Origin: Chrysomallon squamiferum
Taxonomy: Eukaryota > Animalia > Mollusca
NCBI GenBank assembly: GCA_012295275.1
Contig: CM022670.1
Coordinates: 14,384,001-14,448,000 of the forward strand
Direction of reading: 5' to 3'
Length of the DNA: 64,000 bases
Made by a program: the position numbers and the translations under genes. Below, in pieces: positions 11,319 to 24,510 of the stretch. The notes under the pieces are model-generated. The model was given only the letters and a program-made list of their open reading frames with translations. It searched no databases and was not told where the DNA came from. Within the stretch, counting starts at the first letter, position 1. Every line of letters starts with the position of its first letter.

Positions 11319-14300
11319 TAACAATAACAATAACAATAACAATAACAATAATATTTCTCTGATGTACATGATGAAAATATTCATATGTCTGATGTAGATG
11401 GAACAACAGCAATACAGATCGTGTGTACTGTAGATAATTAACAATATTGTCCTGTTTTCTTATAAAGATAAAAATACTATTTACATATTATGAAGTAGAT
11501 AAAACAAAAACAACAACTACAAAATAAAATACAATGTATAACGTAGGTAATATTTGTGACTGTTTGATGTAGATTTTACATAATATTTATGTGTATCTAC
11601 TATAAACAGTAAATAATATGTACGTCAATATTAACAAAATATTAACGTGTGTGGAATGTAGTGAGGAAATAATGAATACGTGTATCTAATATAAATAATG
11701 AACAGTATTTACGCGTGTCTCAACTTGCCGTGTGTTTTCCAGTATATAGCTTGTGTCACTGAAGTCTGGTGAAGCCTCGTTATTGTGAATTTTCCATCTT
11801 TTACTGACTTGCTCTTTGAAGGAATCAATTTTACCCCAGTCTGACGATGAAGATTTTTAATATTTAGCTAAGAAAAAAAAATAATAATAATAAAATAAAA
11901 AAAAAAAAAATAAAAATAAAATTAAACAGGACAATTTTCTTTCAGAAAATGCAATGATATAGTTGAAAAGCACTCATCCTATTTGAAATCGCTAATTGTT
12001 TACTTCACCATTAAGTGTGTCTATCAGTGGTGGTAGAAATACAAACATATTTTATATACAAAATTCATTTGCCAGTATTTTTGTTTTTATTTAATTTTAG
12101 TGCAAGCTTAATGTTACAACAGATGAGAAAAAAAATCGGCTTAATATGTTTGTTCTATACTTGTAATAAAGTTTAATGTTAAATATTATCTTTAGTTTAT
12201 ATATTAAATGTTAAATGTTAGATATAACAATGGGTTTATTTCTGACCTGAGAGTTCAATTTAATAATTGTGCACGAATTATTTTCAATAACAAGTTTCCA
12301 GAAGCTCTCTTCAGTTCTTTTTAAATCTGGTATCAGTAAAAACTTCGTTTTAATACCTTTAATACCAATAAGAAAATAAAAAAACTAAGAAATAAAAAAA
12401 TATATATATAAAAATAAAAAAAAGAGAAAAAAAAAGCCTCATCATTACTCTTATGAGTGATAAACTACACAGACATAAACATTCACATATATAAACATAC
12501 ACACATATAATAGAAATCCGATTAATAAAATGATATTAGCATTAGATATTGTTTAATATATACTTAATTATAAATAAACTGACGAATACTAACAGGCAAA
12601 AGCAGTGCATCGTTCATCAATCCATACTTTGTATTTTTTAGGATTACCTGCAAAATATATGTAGCTGAGTAGACGTGTGTGTGCATAGAATATACTTTAT
12701 TAATTGATGTCTATGATTTATGTACCGGTTCTGTATGAACGCAATAGACTACTATTAATACTGATGATTCTACTACGATAATATACTTCATGGGTATATA
12801 ATCAGAAGAACAGTATTTATTTCTGTCCTTACTACTAACACTACTGCTACTATAACTACTACTATTACTACGACTGCTGGTGCTATTACTAGTACAGTTA
12901 GATTCAAATGAAAATATTATTGCTGCTACATGTGTAGAAACACATTGTTGAAATTATAAATTTACCTTTATATGAATTTTCATTTTGTAAAGCGATTTCC
13001 TGAAAAACAATAAAGTTCATATAAAATAAATAAAATATGGATAAACAAATATATATAAATATTAATACTGAAATACTAGCATATTTATTCCTTTCAATTT
13101 ATTATTTAAGTAAAATTGTATTTTTACTTCCCTTTTTCACATAAAACATGTTATGATATTTTAGTATAATTATTATTGATATTTCAAACCCACAGTGGTG
13201 ATCAGGCCAGGCAATGAAATGGAACTACTGGAAAGTTTTCGCGTTTCTAGTCTAAAAATCAAAAATGACATAACTGAATTAACAAATACAAAACAACTTT
13301 TAACAAAATGTAAAGGTTACCGCAGGATATTCTATTTTTCAAAAAGCATAAGCAAGAATTCATTTTCACTTACAATTCCTATGAAAAAATGTAAAGTCGA
13401 TAATAATCTACAATTTACAGTTATGTAATATAATATATTTCATATTATAACTGACGAAATTATTGTGACCTTAATCTAAACAGAAAATAGTTAAACTAAA
13501 TACCTTCTTTTCACATAAACAGATTAATGAATTGAATAAGGCCACCTTTCTGTATGTAAGAGATATTTGTCTAATCATAAAGTCACTTTTCTCTACTTTT
13601 TCTGTGAAAACAATTGTGAATGGTCCTATAGTCTTCATCTCTTCATCTGACCAATACGCTTCACATTTTAGCTGAAATAAATATACACATAATGATGATG
13701 ATAATAATAATAGCAACAACAACAATTCAAAAAACAGAAACAATGGCAATAATAATATTTTTCATAATGATGATGACGATGATGATGATGATGATGATAA
13801 TGATAATAATAATAATAATGAGTAAAAAGAAGAAGAAGAATAAAGGGAACACAAACATAATTTACAACAATAAATTACAGTAAGAAAGATATATATAAAG
13901 TTTATTAATTGAGAATATATATATGTATACATTGATAGATTGATACAAACAAACAAACGAAAAAATAAAGAAAGTGAGTTCACAATAAAACTTTAAATAG
14001 TAACTTAACTGTTTAATTATAAAGAGCATCTGTAAGGTGAAGTCGTATAATTTAGGGAACTCATGTATAATGAGCTCTGCGACTTCGTCCTTTCACTGTG
14101 ATGCAGATTTAACAGGTTCCAGGGCAACTATGTTAAAAGCCGTGATTTACTGTATGGAGACTGTATATATGAAACTATTTTACACCGCTAAGTAAAACAG
14201 TGGCAGGATTCATCTCACTTATCATTATTACACAGGTAATACACGTTAATACTAGCCTGTGCTGAAACATCATTAAAACGCGAAAACCAATTCCCTATAT

Positions 14301-14702
14301 TTAATTTAAAGTGTTATACTTTATGAAATCTCTACATCCCGCAGTTCATTGGAATGCACATGGATTATAACATACATACATATATACTTTTATACATACA
14401 TACATTTCATCAAACACATACACATGCATAAATACAAGCATACAACACATATGTGTATATATTTCATCCAACACACAAACATATATACATACAGACATAC
14501 ATACAAACATAAATACACACCCATACATACATACATACAAATACATACACACTTAGACAAATATCCAAATATAAGAACAACTGGAGAAATTCTCTTTTTC
14601 TATAATATTTGAAACAGACTTACCAGATTCTGCAAAGATCTTCACTTGACACAAACAAATAAAATACACGGTAAAATAAAGAAACATCCACACTATACCC
14701 AT
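11020..14702 (-). pseudogene. Internally deleted receptor-PTP pseudogene (paralogue of 49220-62106)
   Basis: 11020-13700 is collinear with 50210-53700. Exon 13546-13671 reads LKCEAYWSDEEMKTIGPF. The WPD exon starting at 13251 reads TRNAKTFQ*FHFIAWPDH and then breaks at ~13197. Degenerate D2 exons lie at ~12966-13000, 12594-12647, 12247-12365, 11713-11845 and 11140-11270. A signal-peptide-like exon lies at 14624-14702. Confidence 0.85.
14624..14702 (-). pseudogene. Signal-peptide-like first coding exon (phase 1)
   Basis: ATG at 14702 reads MGIVWMFLYFTVYFICLCQVKIFAES, followed by G|GTAAGT. It has a hydrophobic core and the phase-1 donor needed to join a phase-1 ectodomain exon. Confidence 0.6.
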
Positions 14703-14764
14703 GTTGTAAAAACGTAGTCACTTAGCTAAGAAGTGTTTGTCTCTGCATATCAAAATTAGTTTAG

Positions 14765-15400
14765 GAAGTTTCAGTGCATCACTATTATATTCATTAAAAT
14801 ACACGTGCTATATCACGTGATTAACTAAATACACTGTGGAGTTGACTTGTTTAAGAGACAAAGGATTGTTCATGGTTAACACGCTGAGTCGAGGCGTGGT
14901 TGTCTGAAGGTTGAACCTTCTTCTGAGCGTGCATTCCTGCACTAAATAATTAATTAATTAAAATTTACTTATTCTTTAATTAATTAATTTATTTATATTT
15001 GGATATTAAAATACATACGCATTTTATTAGTGTATGTAAAAGCATAATTTTAAACAGAACTGTGAATAAGATGGAAGAAAAATCAATTCTTATATCTTTA
15101 TTTTTATTTATTTTAAATTATTATTTCTGTGAAAATACATTTTTGTACCTCATAATTATTCATCATTATGATAATCATCACCATCAACATCAACATCACG
15201 CAGCAGGCACTTTAGTCGTTATTACCCCCCTTTACATTAATTAAATAAAGAGTTTGTGATTTACCACATTCACAACCGCAGCCGTAACTGCATGAACTAC
15301 TCGTTGTTTACATCATATGAAGTCATCTAACATCAGTAACTCATCCCGGAAGATTCTGGATTCTGTAAACCGGATTTATTTTTTGAATGTTAGGTTTCGG
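14765..15400. repeat. Fourth, more diverged copy of segment 1200-1810 (also 25981-26620 and 33015-33640); putative receptor promoter region
   Basis: Shares gtgcatcactatt...ctaaatacactgtggagttgacttgttt...ggttaacacgctgagtcga...ttctgtaaaccggattta. Lies just 5' (minus strand) of the signal-like exon. Confidence 0.7.
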
Positions 15401-15403
15401 GTA

Positions 15404-15406
<3 letters not shown>

Positions 15407-15491
<85 letters not shown>
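15407..15491. repeat. (AG)n microsatellite; other long (CT/AG)n tracts at 19617-19722, 22304-22411, 44986-45091, 47308-47411, 55970-56025
   Basis: Direct reading. Confidence 0.95.
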
Positions 15492-15495
<4 letters not shown>

Positions 15496-15777
15496 GAGTT
15501 ATTATTATTATCATATAGTGACTACTATCTTTTCATTCGAGAGCAGTATTGTTGTATAATAAACTATTGGTAATATAAAGTACATACTGGCATACAATAA
15601 ACGAACATTTCTGTGGACTCAGTCTTTTAAGAAAAGTTTGGTCAACTGGAGAGATAATTATTTGGTCGAAACATGATGTTACACACATATGGACTTCAGT
15701 TTTATTATTTTTGATTCTTTTATTATTATAATTATTATTACTACTACTATTACTGTTAATTCTGCTATTAAAATTAC

Positions 15778-15819
<42 letters not shown>

Positions 15820-16759
15820 CATATAGGGACTATTATCTTTTCATTCGAGGGCAGTATTGTTGAAATCAATCTAATGGTAATATAATGTGCATACTGGCAC
15901 AATAAACTAACATTTCTGTCGACTCAGTCTTTTAAAATTTTGTTTTGCCTACTGGAGTGATAATTATTTTGTCAAAACATGGAGTTACTACTCATTTAAA
16001 AATAAATAAAATAAAATGAATTGTTTTATATATCAACAAATTGATAAATAAATAAATAAAAATATAGATAAATAAATAAATGAAATACAAGTATGAGTGA
16101 ATTAATGAGTAAATAAAGAAAGAAAACATAAGAAAAAAGAAGAAAACACAATATCAGTAACTAATATATTATTCAGTTTAAAAGAAAATAACAAAAACTA
16201 ATAGCTCAAAAAAGAATAATAAAGTAATATAAAAAATAAAAATTAGTCTGCATATACCAAAAGAAGTAAGAAAATTAAGTGGCTATACGTTTGTCCTAAA
16301 ACACGACAGGTCGCAGGACCAGTTCAGCTTAGTTCTGTTGCTAAGATATTTACCGTTAAAACTAGTGATTTACACCCGACTCTGTGAAAAGTTGTGGCAT
16401 GTAATTTTCTGTCTATACCGAAGTTCATTTAAATTTTGTCTTGACGAGATGGAATCGCCATTCGACATGAGCAGGATAAAGATGGTATCCAGCATTAAAT
16501 CCTAAATTAAAACTAAATTAAATGTTTTATTTCTCAACTCACCGCTTTCTGTAGTAATGTTCTCAAGTATTCATTTAGTTGTTGCCTACAAAAAGTGTAC
16601 ATCAGAACCAAATACTTCTTAAATAAAATGGATTATTTGAAATTATTAAAGAACTAACTTTGAATGTTTATACACAGTAAACAAAAAATAATTAAATGAT
16701 GTGTTTTCGGTCTTGTCTGAAATCGAAAAGTTTAAATAATACAGCATGTGAAGTAACTA

Positions 16760-17450
16760 TTATGTCTATCAGTGTGTGTGTGTGTGTGTGTGTATGTGTG
16801 TATATGTGTGTGCATTTGCACTATAAGACGAATTAAAGAAAGAAATATATGAATCAATGAATGAATGAATAAATAATTAAATACAAAACAAATGTAATTT
16901 AATATTTTCTACTTATTCATTTTAACAGTCTAATGATGATAGATGTTGGTAAATATTCTTAAATCACTTATTCAGAAGGTAATATTTCAAAAAGAAATTC
17001 TAATTATCATTTTCAGTACAATATATTTTGTTTGAAAAAAAAAAGAAATAATTAAACAAAAATTAACCGCATTTATTTCTTATTTTTAAATTTCTTTTTA
17101 AATTGTTTTCTCTTTCTTAACTTTTTTTATGTTGTACAAAAATTAAAAAAAAATGTAGATTTTATTTTATTTTTTAGTAATAACGTCATTGTCAATGAGA
17201 AATGAAAACAGTAGATAACTCAACTATAATGATTTGTTTTAATGATGATACCTGTTTAAATCAGATTCATCACGAAGGACAGTTCTCTTTAGCTCACCGT
17301 AGACTTCACCTTCTACAAAATGCAAGCTTGTACCACTGTAATAGCCATTACCTGTCCCTTGACAGACAGTCACGTATCTGGCATCTCCATTACACGTGAA
17401 ACTCATGACATCCGGAATACTAGATCCATCTTGTCTACGTATCAGTAGCA
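16760..17450 (-). pseudogene. Orphan F-type-lectin second exon plus intron from another RPTP paralogue
   Basis: SFTCNGDARYVTVCQGTGNGYYSGTSLHFVEGEVYG|gtgag (ends 17298) versus SLTCKEDARYVTVYQGTDNGPGALTTLNIVEVEVYG at 61141-61250. Intron 16760-17297 matches 60400-61140. Confidence 0.85.
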
Positions 17451-17755
17451 GTACCACTCTCGGGCTATTGTCCGACAATCATGTACCTAGCATCAACATT
17501 TCTCGTGAAACTCACGACACTGTGTCTTTCCATATAACCAGTGACAGTATCACACGTTTTGGAATAGTTGGAGTGTTCCTGCATCCAACTGAAAACCTCC
17601 TAATTTTGTTCTTAGACTTTAAAAATAGTCATCAGCTTTATCGTCTGATAATGACTAGTTTATGGATAAAATCATATTAAACTTGTCTTTATTTTCTTCT
17701 AAAGGATCTTTGGATTAAAGAAATGATTCTGTACCAAGAGATGATTCAATTGCAG

Positions 17756-17901
17756 AATGTCCTTCTGGTAAATACGGACATAGACGTCTACACAAATGTG
17801 ATGAAACACATTGCTTCGGTGGTCAGAAATTGATTCAGGAACTGGAAAATGTATCGATGGATGTATTCTTCGATGGGATGGAAATTCATATTGTAAATAC
17901 A

Positions 17902-17932
<31 letters not shown>

Positions 17933-18029
17933 ATATACATATGATGATAATCTTCTTCTTCAGTGTACTTTATCTCCATTATCAATATAATAATGACTAC
18001 TTCTTTGGTACTGTTTTTGTTATTATAGC

Positions 18030-18073
<44 letters not shown>

Positions 18074-19560
18074 TCTTTTTTTTAATTATTATTATTATTT
18101 TCAAGACAGAAAGAAACTGTTACAACTAAACCATCGTGTGAAAACAGAACAATAACAGCTTTATCAATTACAACGGGAATGTTATCTTTATTTGTGATAC
18201 CATTCATTATTGTTATTATATGGTAAGTCTAAATTAATGTAAAAAACTATTTTTTTAACTGTAATAAAGAAAATATTGCTCTACGGTTCCACAGTTATAT
18301 AGATATAAATTATTTAAATGCATTGTAAAAAGGAAATGTAAAATATTTATACTACAAAAATTTCAAATTCATACATTCACACAGCAACCTTTCTGCTAAT
18401 ATATGTTTGGATGTCCTAGTGTTATTAATATGTTTATTAAAATCACAATTTTATACAAAATAAGGAGCCTAAGCTGATTGTTGTAACAACTAGATTCTAG
18501 GCTGCAACGCAGAACAGCAGCTACTTCGTCAGCAGTCTACATGGATTTGGATGAAAACCTAAATTGAGAAACTAGAAATGATTATCAGTGAAATACGACA
18601 GATAATTATGACAGGTAATGTTGACATTTGAGTATGATGTTATTGTTACAATCACAAATCATAAACTATTTTAATTTAACGTTAATTTGTTTTGATGCAG
18701 TTATTACATTACTTTACACAATAAACTGACATTTAACATATATTTACGATGGTGAATTTACTTATTATTCGACATACTACTTGTATAATAATGCAGGTAT
18801 TTTTTCTAATATTAACTGATTATTCATGATTATCTATAATTCAAAAACATTTCTGTTTTGTAGTTTGATTACAATCACTGCATCGTATCGTTTCAAAACT
18901 ATATGTTTTTCACTAATGTTTTATTTCAATGCGCTTGAATGCATTGATTATTAAATAATTAAGGGCAGCTGTTTAACTGTTGAACAGAAACAGCTAATAA
19001 ATACCAAGTCTGGGTTCATTGGTTGTCAAAACTTCTTCGTTCTGCGCATGCCTACATTTAATCTTCGGGAAATGTTTTCTTTCCTGTTGGTAAATAGTAT
19101 TAATGATTTTTTTTTTTTTAATTACCTTTCTCATCAGTTATAACTATTAAACCAAAACTGTTAAACCTTCTTGAACCATTTATTAAAACCTTTACAGCCA
19201 TCTTCTAATGAATGATAACCTACATAATATGTTTTGAGCTTTTCTATTGCTAAATATATTCGTTGTAGTGATTTAAATTTTCAGATGATTTACTATTAAT
19301 TTTGTCACTTGTCAAAACCGTCCAAACAGGACGCCGGATATTTGGTCCGGTACCTGTATGTATATATATATATATATATAACATTATTATTAGTATTGGG
19401 ATCGCGATGGTATGAATGCAGGTTAATGTTGTAATAACAGAGGCCTGAAGGGCAGCGTTACTGTATTCACGGATGGTTGCCAGACACTGATTCTGTAACA
19501 CTGGTAACCTGTCTTACAACAAGCAGTGAAAAATTACAAGAAGAGAAAATCTCAACAGAC
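17756..19560 (+). pseudogene. Plus-strand decayed EGF-TM receptor/PTP paralogue
   Basis: EGF exon 17756-~17895 (ECPSGKYG..KCDETHC/GTGKCIDGC..W.G, frameshifted). TM exon ending 18222 (TALSITTGMLSLFVIPFIIVII|gtaagt). Juxtamembrane exon 18501-18614 with two TGA stops. D2-exon remnants at 19285 and ~19455-19560 (YCIHGWLPDTDSVTLVTCL). Confidence 0.75.
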
Positions 19561-19613
19561 TGTTTGTTTTGTGTAGAGGTTGGCGACAAACCAAACATGA
19601 CTGTGAAGACATT

Positions 19614-19724
<111 letters not shown>

Positions 19725-21442
19725 TAATATGTGTGTCTATATAAATTCATTTACATACACATTGCTATATTTTCACTGAGCGAATGGTAATCAGATTTTA
19801 TAAATACATATTTTCTGTCGGTATTCACAAAAAAATAAAATAAAATGAAATAAAAAATGATATGATTTACATTAGTTTTCGTTTGAGATGTTTCTGATGA
19901 AATTTTAAAATAAACTGAACACTTCCTTAAGCTCAACCAAAAAAGCCAACCACACAAATAGTTTACAGAATCAAAAGCTATGTTTTAAACCCGAACTAAG
20001 AATAATTATTGTACAAGTGCTGAATGTTTTGTTTGTGTGCTTATTTCAGTCCTTTTATGGATAATTTTCTAATTAATCCTTTCTATGTATTCAGTGAAAA
20101 AAGATATGGTAACCGCCGATAGATGCCTGTATATTTTAAATACATCGTCGGTGTTGAAATATCAACTATATATAATATACTACATTCTCCTGGAATCTGA
20201 ATATGACATACAGGTGTACAAACTAATAAATTCCATATTTCTAGTTGAAAATTTTATTATAACTATTGTTTCTTCTGATATTAATTATGAACAATCAAAA
20301 AACAAAATAAAATAAAGAAATATCTAATATGTCTAAACAAAAACAACATATACACTAAATTACAAAAATACACGTTTTTTTTCCCTTTGTTATGACCTTA
20401 TACCTGAAGCATATGAGGTTAAAACACGCGCACACACACACGCACACACACAGATATATAAAGATGCGCCCACATACAAAAAATACGTACATACATTCAT
20501 GCATACATAGATACATATATATTTTAATAAAACGAAATATAATTATAATATTTATTTATGAATGACTTCCTTATTAATCTGTGCACAAATATTATTTTCT
20601 GAATGAGAGATAAATAAAGAAAACAAGGTAAACACGTCTAGCAAAGAGAAAAATTACCAGGTAAAAAATAAATTTGAATTTTCAGCATTATATACTGAGT
20701 ATAAAACTGTATACATATAAAATCGCTGAAATGTAGCACGAAATTAATAAAAAAAATAAAATGAATGACTAAATAAATAAAATAATGAAAAAAAGAAGAA
20801 AAGAAACAATGACTAATTTCAAAAACAAAGCCAAAAGTCAACAATTGAGACATATGTGTATGTACCTATAAATGAGAAAGAAAGATTATATGACAGAACA
20901 GATTAAAGTAACAATCATACATATCAGTATACCTAACAAAAACAAACACTAATATTCCAGATAGACAGCACATCACAATACCTGTCAACAAACAAAATTA
21001 TTGGTAAATATCAAATAAATCATTGTAAAATATTTTATGCATCTTTCTTCATGTATATGAATTGAACTATTTTATGAGAAGTATTTGTCAAGGTCCAAAA
21101 CTTTAGCGGCTTTATGAGTAAATTATAACTGGCGTAATAAGGATAAAGACACAAATAAAATATTTAACACTAGTGTATTCTTAATTCACAATACAATATT
21201 ACAAGTACTGTCATATATAAATAACAAAATTATGAACATTACATAAAACTGTTTAAGTAGTGCGATTAGAACCTTTATCGACACATTGTTTGAAATCATC
21301 TTATGTAACCGCTGCCAACAAATATTGTCTGTATACTACCAGAACCATCGCAGATCACAGAAGCAAAATCAAAACAAAAAGTAATTCACAGTCAAGAACT
21401 AATATTAGTGAGTAAATTATTTTAATTATGTATACACAAACT

Positions 21443-21529
21443 TCAGTTGTGAGATGTAGGACAGTTGGCGTTCACTGAGGAAGATTCAATATTGAAAGAA
21501 GCCAAGTTGCAGAAGAACACGAAGTCATC
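21443..21529 (-). pseudogene. Orphan terminal exon of an RPTP paralogue; region 19260-21700 duplicates 46700-49450
   Basis: ttccag|DDFVFFCNLASFNIESSSVNANCPTSHN* versus DDFVFFCNLAFLHLESSSVYANCPTSHN* at 49220-49306. Upstream exons are not recognisable. Confidence 0.85.
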
Positions 21530-21673
21530 CTGGAATACAAAATATAAATGCACATTAATCTATACGACTAGAACACTACATGTTTTGGTTAATCTGACTA
21601 TCAGAGGCACATCACTGCATCAATCAATCCACCCAGTCAGTAGCATGACAGAATTAAACTCGCTTAGTTCGTA

Positions 21674-21723
<50 letters not shown>

Positions 21724-22315
21724 CATCAACAACTACGCAGAAAAGCCACACATTTCAATATACGCATTATGTTTATAAATAAATAACGAATGCTGCTTCT
21801 TTGTCATCTAAACGATATTCAGGTTTTAGATGTTATTCAGAATCCGTAAATCCGAGAGGTTTCTTTACAAACAATTCGGTAAAACGTTAGAATATATTAA
21901 AAAAAAAAAAAATCCCTGTTTTGCTTCGAGAGTTTAGTTGACTGATAAGCTGATTAATTCAGACAGACCGGCAGACTAATGGACAGAGAGATATACCAAT
22001 TTTTTGTTTTCGTTTCATCTAGTGTACATTTTAATAAAAGGAATTTACAGAAATTCACAAGTTTACAAAGTTGACTTAACTTAGCGATCACATTACTTCC
22101 TAGATGTTGAAATCGCCAAGCGAGAAATGACAGATTGAAACATGATATGATAATGTACTAATTACTTTAGCATTTGTGTTTCTTGTGGGATTAATACTAA
22201 TTATAATGTTGATTAAAACAAATCTTTGTTATACTCATAATACTAAAACAGTTATAAACGACAGGCCTATATCACAGTATTATTAATTTACAGGTGTATA
22301 AAATCTCTCTCTCTC

Positions 22316-22416
<101 letters not shown>

Positions 22417-23389
22417 CTCTCTCTTAAATCTTTGTCACTCTTTACTCGCTTGCACACATTATTTCAGAAGAAATTCTTTAGTGAATAATAATAATTCTTT
22501 ATAACGCTCAAAGCAGAACAAATACTGTTTTAAAATGTTTTGGTGTGCGAGTTACTTTAACATTTGTGGTATACAAATATTATTATGTTACAAGTGAAAT
22601 GTGATTTGTTTATAAATAAGTGTTATTATTAATTCATTGTTTTATTTGCATCTGACAAAAGTGCATCAGCCTATCAAAGGGTTTATGCTACTATTTCCTC
22701 ATATTTCCTAATGACCTATATTTGCTATTTTAACGCTGTTACTTCAAAGTTATTCCACGTTGCATATTTGTCCGATAAGCATTTTATTTAATGTCAAAGT
22801 AAATGTTACAATAAATAATAAAAAATAAAGTGTGTGCATGTGTGTCTGTCTTTATACATATGCATTCTTTATCATAATTTTCAATTTATCTTTAATATTA
22901 GATCATTTCTTATGACATGCCCACAAATGCTCAAAAGTTAATAACAAGATATTTAATTACCATATTTGGCTGTCGTCTGTCTTGACTGTAAATTCAAAAA
23001 ATAAATTTTTAACTGAAGACTTACGCACATTCTGGCCATGGCAAAAATACTTGGTACACAATAAGTCAAGTGTGATTGTATTTTTAAAGAAGAAAATTTC
23101 CCATAAATCATCTGTGTAAAAAGATACACATAGAGTAGTGAAAAATGCATAACAAACATATTTGAATAAGGATGCGAATAATGCACATTTTTGTTTTCAA
23201 TACAGAACGATAAGCATTAGTAAATATTATTTCGTGGACATTGAGATAAGACATAATAAAACACAATAATTACTGCAACTAATGATACGTGTTTTGATAA
23301 AGTACTTTTTAATATAATATAATGTCGTATAACATAATACAATATCATATCATATAAAAATATAATATACAGGATATGGTAAATTTTCA

Positions 23390-23446
<57 letters not shown>

Positions 23447-23689
23447 TTAACAAAATAAAAATAATAACAATAATTACTATCTTATTGTGAGGAAAACATA
23501 TTTCATTTTACACAATGATCAGTGTAATTTTAGCTTTTTAATAAGATTAATTATACATATATATATTTATAAATTAAAAATAAATAAATAAAAACATATG
23601 TATATTATTTATTTATTTATTTATTATTTTATTTATTTATTTATTTCTATATATTTCAGGACTCAATCTTTGTGTGAGTGGAAATGTCC

Positions 23690-24510
23690 GATACAGTTTC
23701 TTTGTAATAACGTTTGTCGGAGTTAAGTCCTTGGTACTGACTGATACGACAGCCTGAATGTATATACTGAAAAGAGCCTCAGTTTTTGGTATATAATTCT
23801 GTTTTGACTAGGAATGCTTAATTTATCTCTCTTCGATCTCCATATGACGAAATGAAAAAGTAATAAAAAGAAAACAAAAGCAAAAATCGGATTAGACGCT
23901 TAGTGCTTCAGAAGGCACTGACAAAAATGGAGAAAGTTCAGTGTTTATATCATAAATAGCAATAACAACGAACTATGGGATTATCAAGCTTATATCTGAT
24001 ACTTTTTAAATAATAGAAATGCACAGTTCTACAGATTAGATTATAAACTCAGTTAAACATATATTTATATATGAATTTTATCACATGTAGAAGCAACAGT
24101 CGTACAAATTCGATTACTTATTAAGCTGTCTCACATGTTTTATTTTACATATTTAATTACTTACACAGATATATCTCATGTATCTCGTTTCACATATTTA
24201 ATTACTTATTCAGATATATCTTACATGTCTTATTTTAAACATTTGCTTTGTTTTATTTATACATTTCGACATACATACACATGTACATAGATAGAAACGT
24301 GCATACATGTAGGCATGCACAGATACACATACTCAGATATGTACTTAGATACAAACATACATACATACATAATACATACATGCATACATACATACATGCA
24401 TACATGCATACATACAGACATATATAATTATACATTATGTTAGTGTAATTTACGAATGGAATATTTTACATGTCAAACTGTAGTACGTGTATCTATTTCT
24501 TTACTTTGTA
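23690..24510 (-). repeat. Inverted, diverged copy of the dispanin upstream region (cf. 4355-4820, 29000-29480)
   Basis: The reverse complement of 23881-23990 (ccatagttcgttgtt...tataaacactgaactttctcc...gtgccttctgaagcactaa) matches 29225-29348. The reverse complement of 24440-24510 matches 4357-4425. Confidence 0.75.

Noticed and set aside
16290-16520. Possible SINE or degenerate hammerhead (ttgacgag-atgg-aatcg-ccat-tcgaca); another SINE-like stretch at ~14050-14300
   Set aside because: The core deviates from CUGANGA/GAAA, there are no convincing stems I/III, A/B boxes or TSDs, and each is single-copy in the window.
22953-22990. Minus-strand tttacag|SRQTTAKYGN resembling dispanin exon 5 (SRTASDAGN)
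   Set aside because: Too short, stops immediately, and no matching exon 4 nearby; could be chance.
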